Origin: an uncultured Methylomirabilota bacterium
GTDB lineage: Bacteria; Methylomirabilota; Methylomirabilia; Methylomirabilales; 2-02-FULL-66-22
NCBI GenBank assembly: GCA_963845565.1
Contig: CAWJSJ010000005.1
Location: forward strand, 608,001-672,000
DNA: 64,000 nucleotides
Reading direction: 5' to 3'
Shown: one piece after another, positions 63,043 to 64,000 of the stretch
How positions within the stretch are numbered: position 1 is the stretch's first letter
How the letters are laid out: each line of letters begins with the position of its first letter
The notes under the pieces: model-generated
What the model was told of the DNA's origin: nothing
Seen by the model: the letters and a program-made list of their open reading frames with translations, nothing else
Databases searched by the model: none
Position numbers and translations under genes: made by a program

Positions 63043-63542
63043 AAACTCGAAATTCGAATATCGAAACCCGAAATTCGAAGCAAGCATCAATGTCCAAAAG
63101 AACTGAAGGATCGAAACGGTACGACTTGGAAGAGCGTACCTTGCAGTTTGCGAAGGACGTCCGGGCGTTTGTAAAGGCGTTGCCGCGGACGATCGCGAAT
63201 GAGCAGGATATTCAGGCAGCTCGTGAGAGCATCGGGCTCGGTGGGGGCGAACTACATCGAAGCAAACGAGTCCCTCAGCAAGAAAGACTTTGTGATGCGC
63301 ATCAAGATCTCTCGGAAGGAAGCGAAAGAAAGTCGGTACTGGCTTCGGCTGCTCGACACAGGGGAAAATGATTCGATCGACAAGACTCGGGACGCACTGA
63401 TCCAGGAAGCGACCGAGTTGATGAACATCTTCGGCGCAATCGTGCGTAAGAGCGAATGACCCGTTTCACCGATTGCCGTTTTCGAATCTCGCACTTCGAG
63501 CTTCGAATTTGTTTCGAGTTTCGAAATTCGAGTTTCGGATTT
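63043..63542. repeat. Inverted heptamer-array element enclosing a four-helix-bundle gene (C)
   Basis: Left arm 63043-63117, right arm 63478-63542, same architecture as A and B. Confidence 0.88.
63090..63459 (+). CDS. Four helix bundle protein (23S rRNA IVS / TIGR02436-like), one extra base near 63211
   Basis: YDLEERTLQFA...QLVRASGSVGANYIEANE...ISRKEAKESRYWLRLL...EATELMNIF. Confidence 0.9.
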
Positions 63543-63550
63543 GGGTTCTC

Positions 63551-64000
63551 ATGACTGACGCCGGACCTGCGAAGACCGGGAACGACACCACGCAAAGCCC
63601 CCTGCGTCGCTGGGAGGTCGTGGGGGTGCTGGCGACCCTGGCCATCGTCCTCACCGTGCCGCTCCGCCTGGCCGTGGTGGCCGCCCGCGGCCCGCAGCAG
63701 CCCGGCCGCACCGCGGCGCTCTACGTCGGCAGCGACGCGTGCAAGTCTTGCCACCAGGGGGCATACGAGAAGTGGCGCGGCTCGAACCACGCCCTGGCGA
63801 TGGCTCCGGCCCGCGAGGACACCGTCCTGGGCGACTTCAACAATGCCACCTTCACGGAGAAGGGGAAGACGACCCGGTTCTCACGAAGAGACGGGAAGTA
63901 CCTCGTCAACACCGAGGGCCCCGACGGCAAGCCTGGGGAGTTCGAGGTGGCTTACACCTTCGGGTGGTTCCCGCTCCAGCAATACCTCATCCCATTTCCC
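63551..64000 (+). CDS. Membrane-anchored (multi)heme cytochrome c, 3' end outside the window
   Basis: Own translation: TM helix, YVGSDACKSCH (CxxCH), WRGSNHALAM, VLGDFNN, YTFGWFPLQQYL. Confidence 0.85.
   Translation, partial: MTDAGPAKTGNDTTQSPLRRWEVVGVLATLAIVLTVPLRLAVVAARGPQQPGRTAALYVGSDACKSCHQGAYEKWRGSNHALAMAPAREDTVLGDFNNATFTEKGKTTRFSRRDGKYLVNTEGPDGKPGEFEVAYTFGWFPLQQYLIPFP

Noticed and set aside
63190..63230. Programmed frameshift in the four-helix-bundle gene
   Set aside because: No slippery sequence, and neighbouring genes have similar indels
63090..63459. Diversity-generating retroelement (Avd-like gene)
   Set aside because: No reverse transcriptase and no template/variable repeat pair differing at adenines was seen in the window

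Overview
GC-rich bacterial chromosome segment. It carries lpxC, so the organism is a diderm; gene content is loosely reminiscent of Methylomirabilota/NC10-like organisms, but that is inference only. The first ~33 kb is mostly housekeeping and envelope genes: MBOAT acyltransferase plus partner, azlCD, rpsU, an RRM protein, a PEP-CTERM protein, zinc-ribbon/RNase HI/DciA, lpxC, ntrY/ntrX-like pair, mutM, polX, ggt, a peptide ABC transporter, queG and uppP. The remaining ~31 kb is an accessory region with two sigma54 activators, three Cys-type sulfatases, two secreted HAD hydrolases, an MltF-like protein, MscS, a patch of gene relics, a TatT-TRAP transporter, a broken toxin-antitoxin pair and a cytochrome b/Rieske/multiheme cytochrome c operon. 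Many genes after ~26 kb have single-base frameshifts that look like long-read errors. The most notable signal is non-coding: four families of intergenic elements. (1) Inverted heptamer-array elements of fixed architecture; one encloses a four-helix-bundle (23S-IVS/Avd-like) gene and two are empty. (2) Inverted octamer arrays. (3) A 99-bp MITE with a TAA target duplication, one copy inside an antitoxin gene. (4) A ~150-175-bp MITE flanking queG. No rRNA, tRNA, CRISPR array or transposase was recognised. All calls come from reading motifs by eye; no database search was run.
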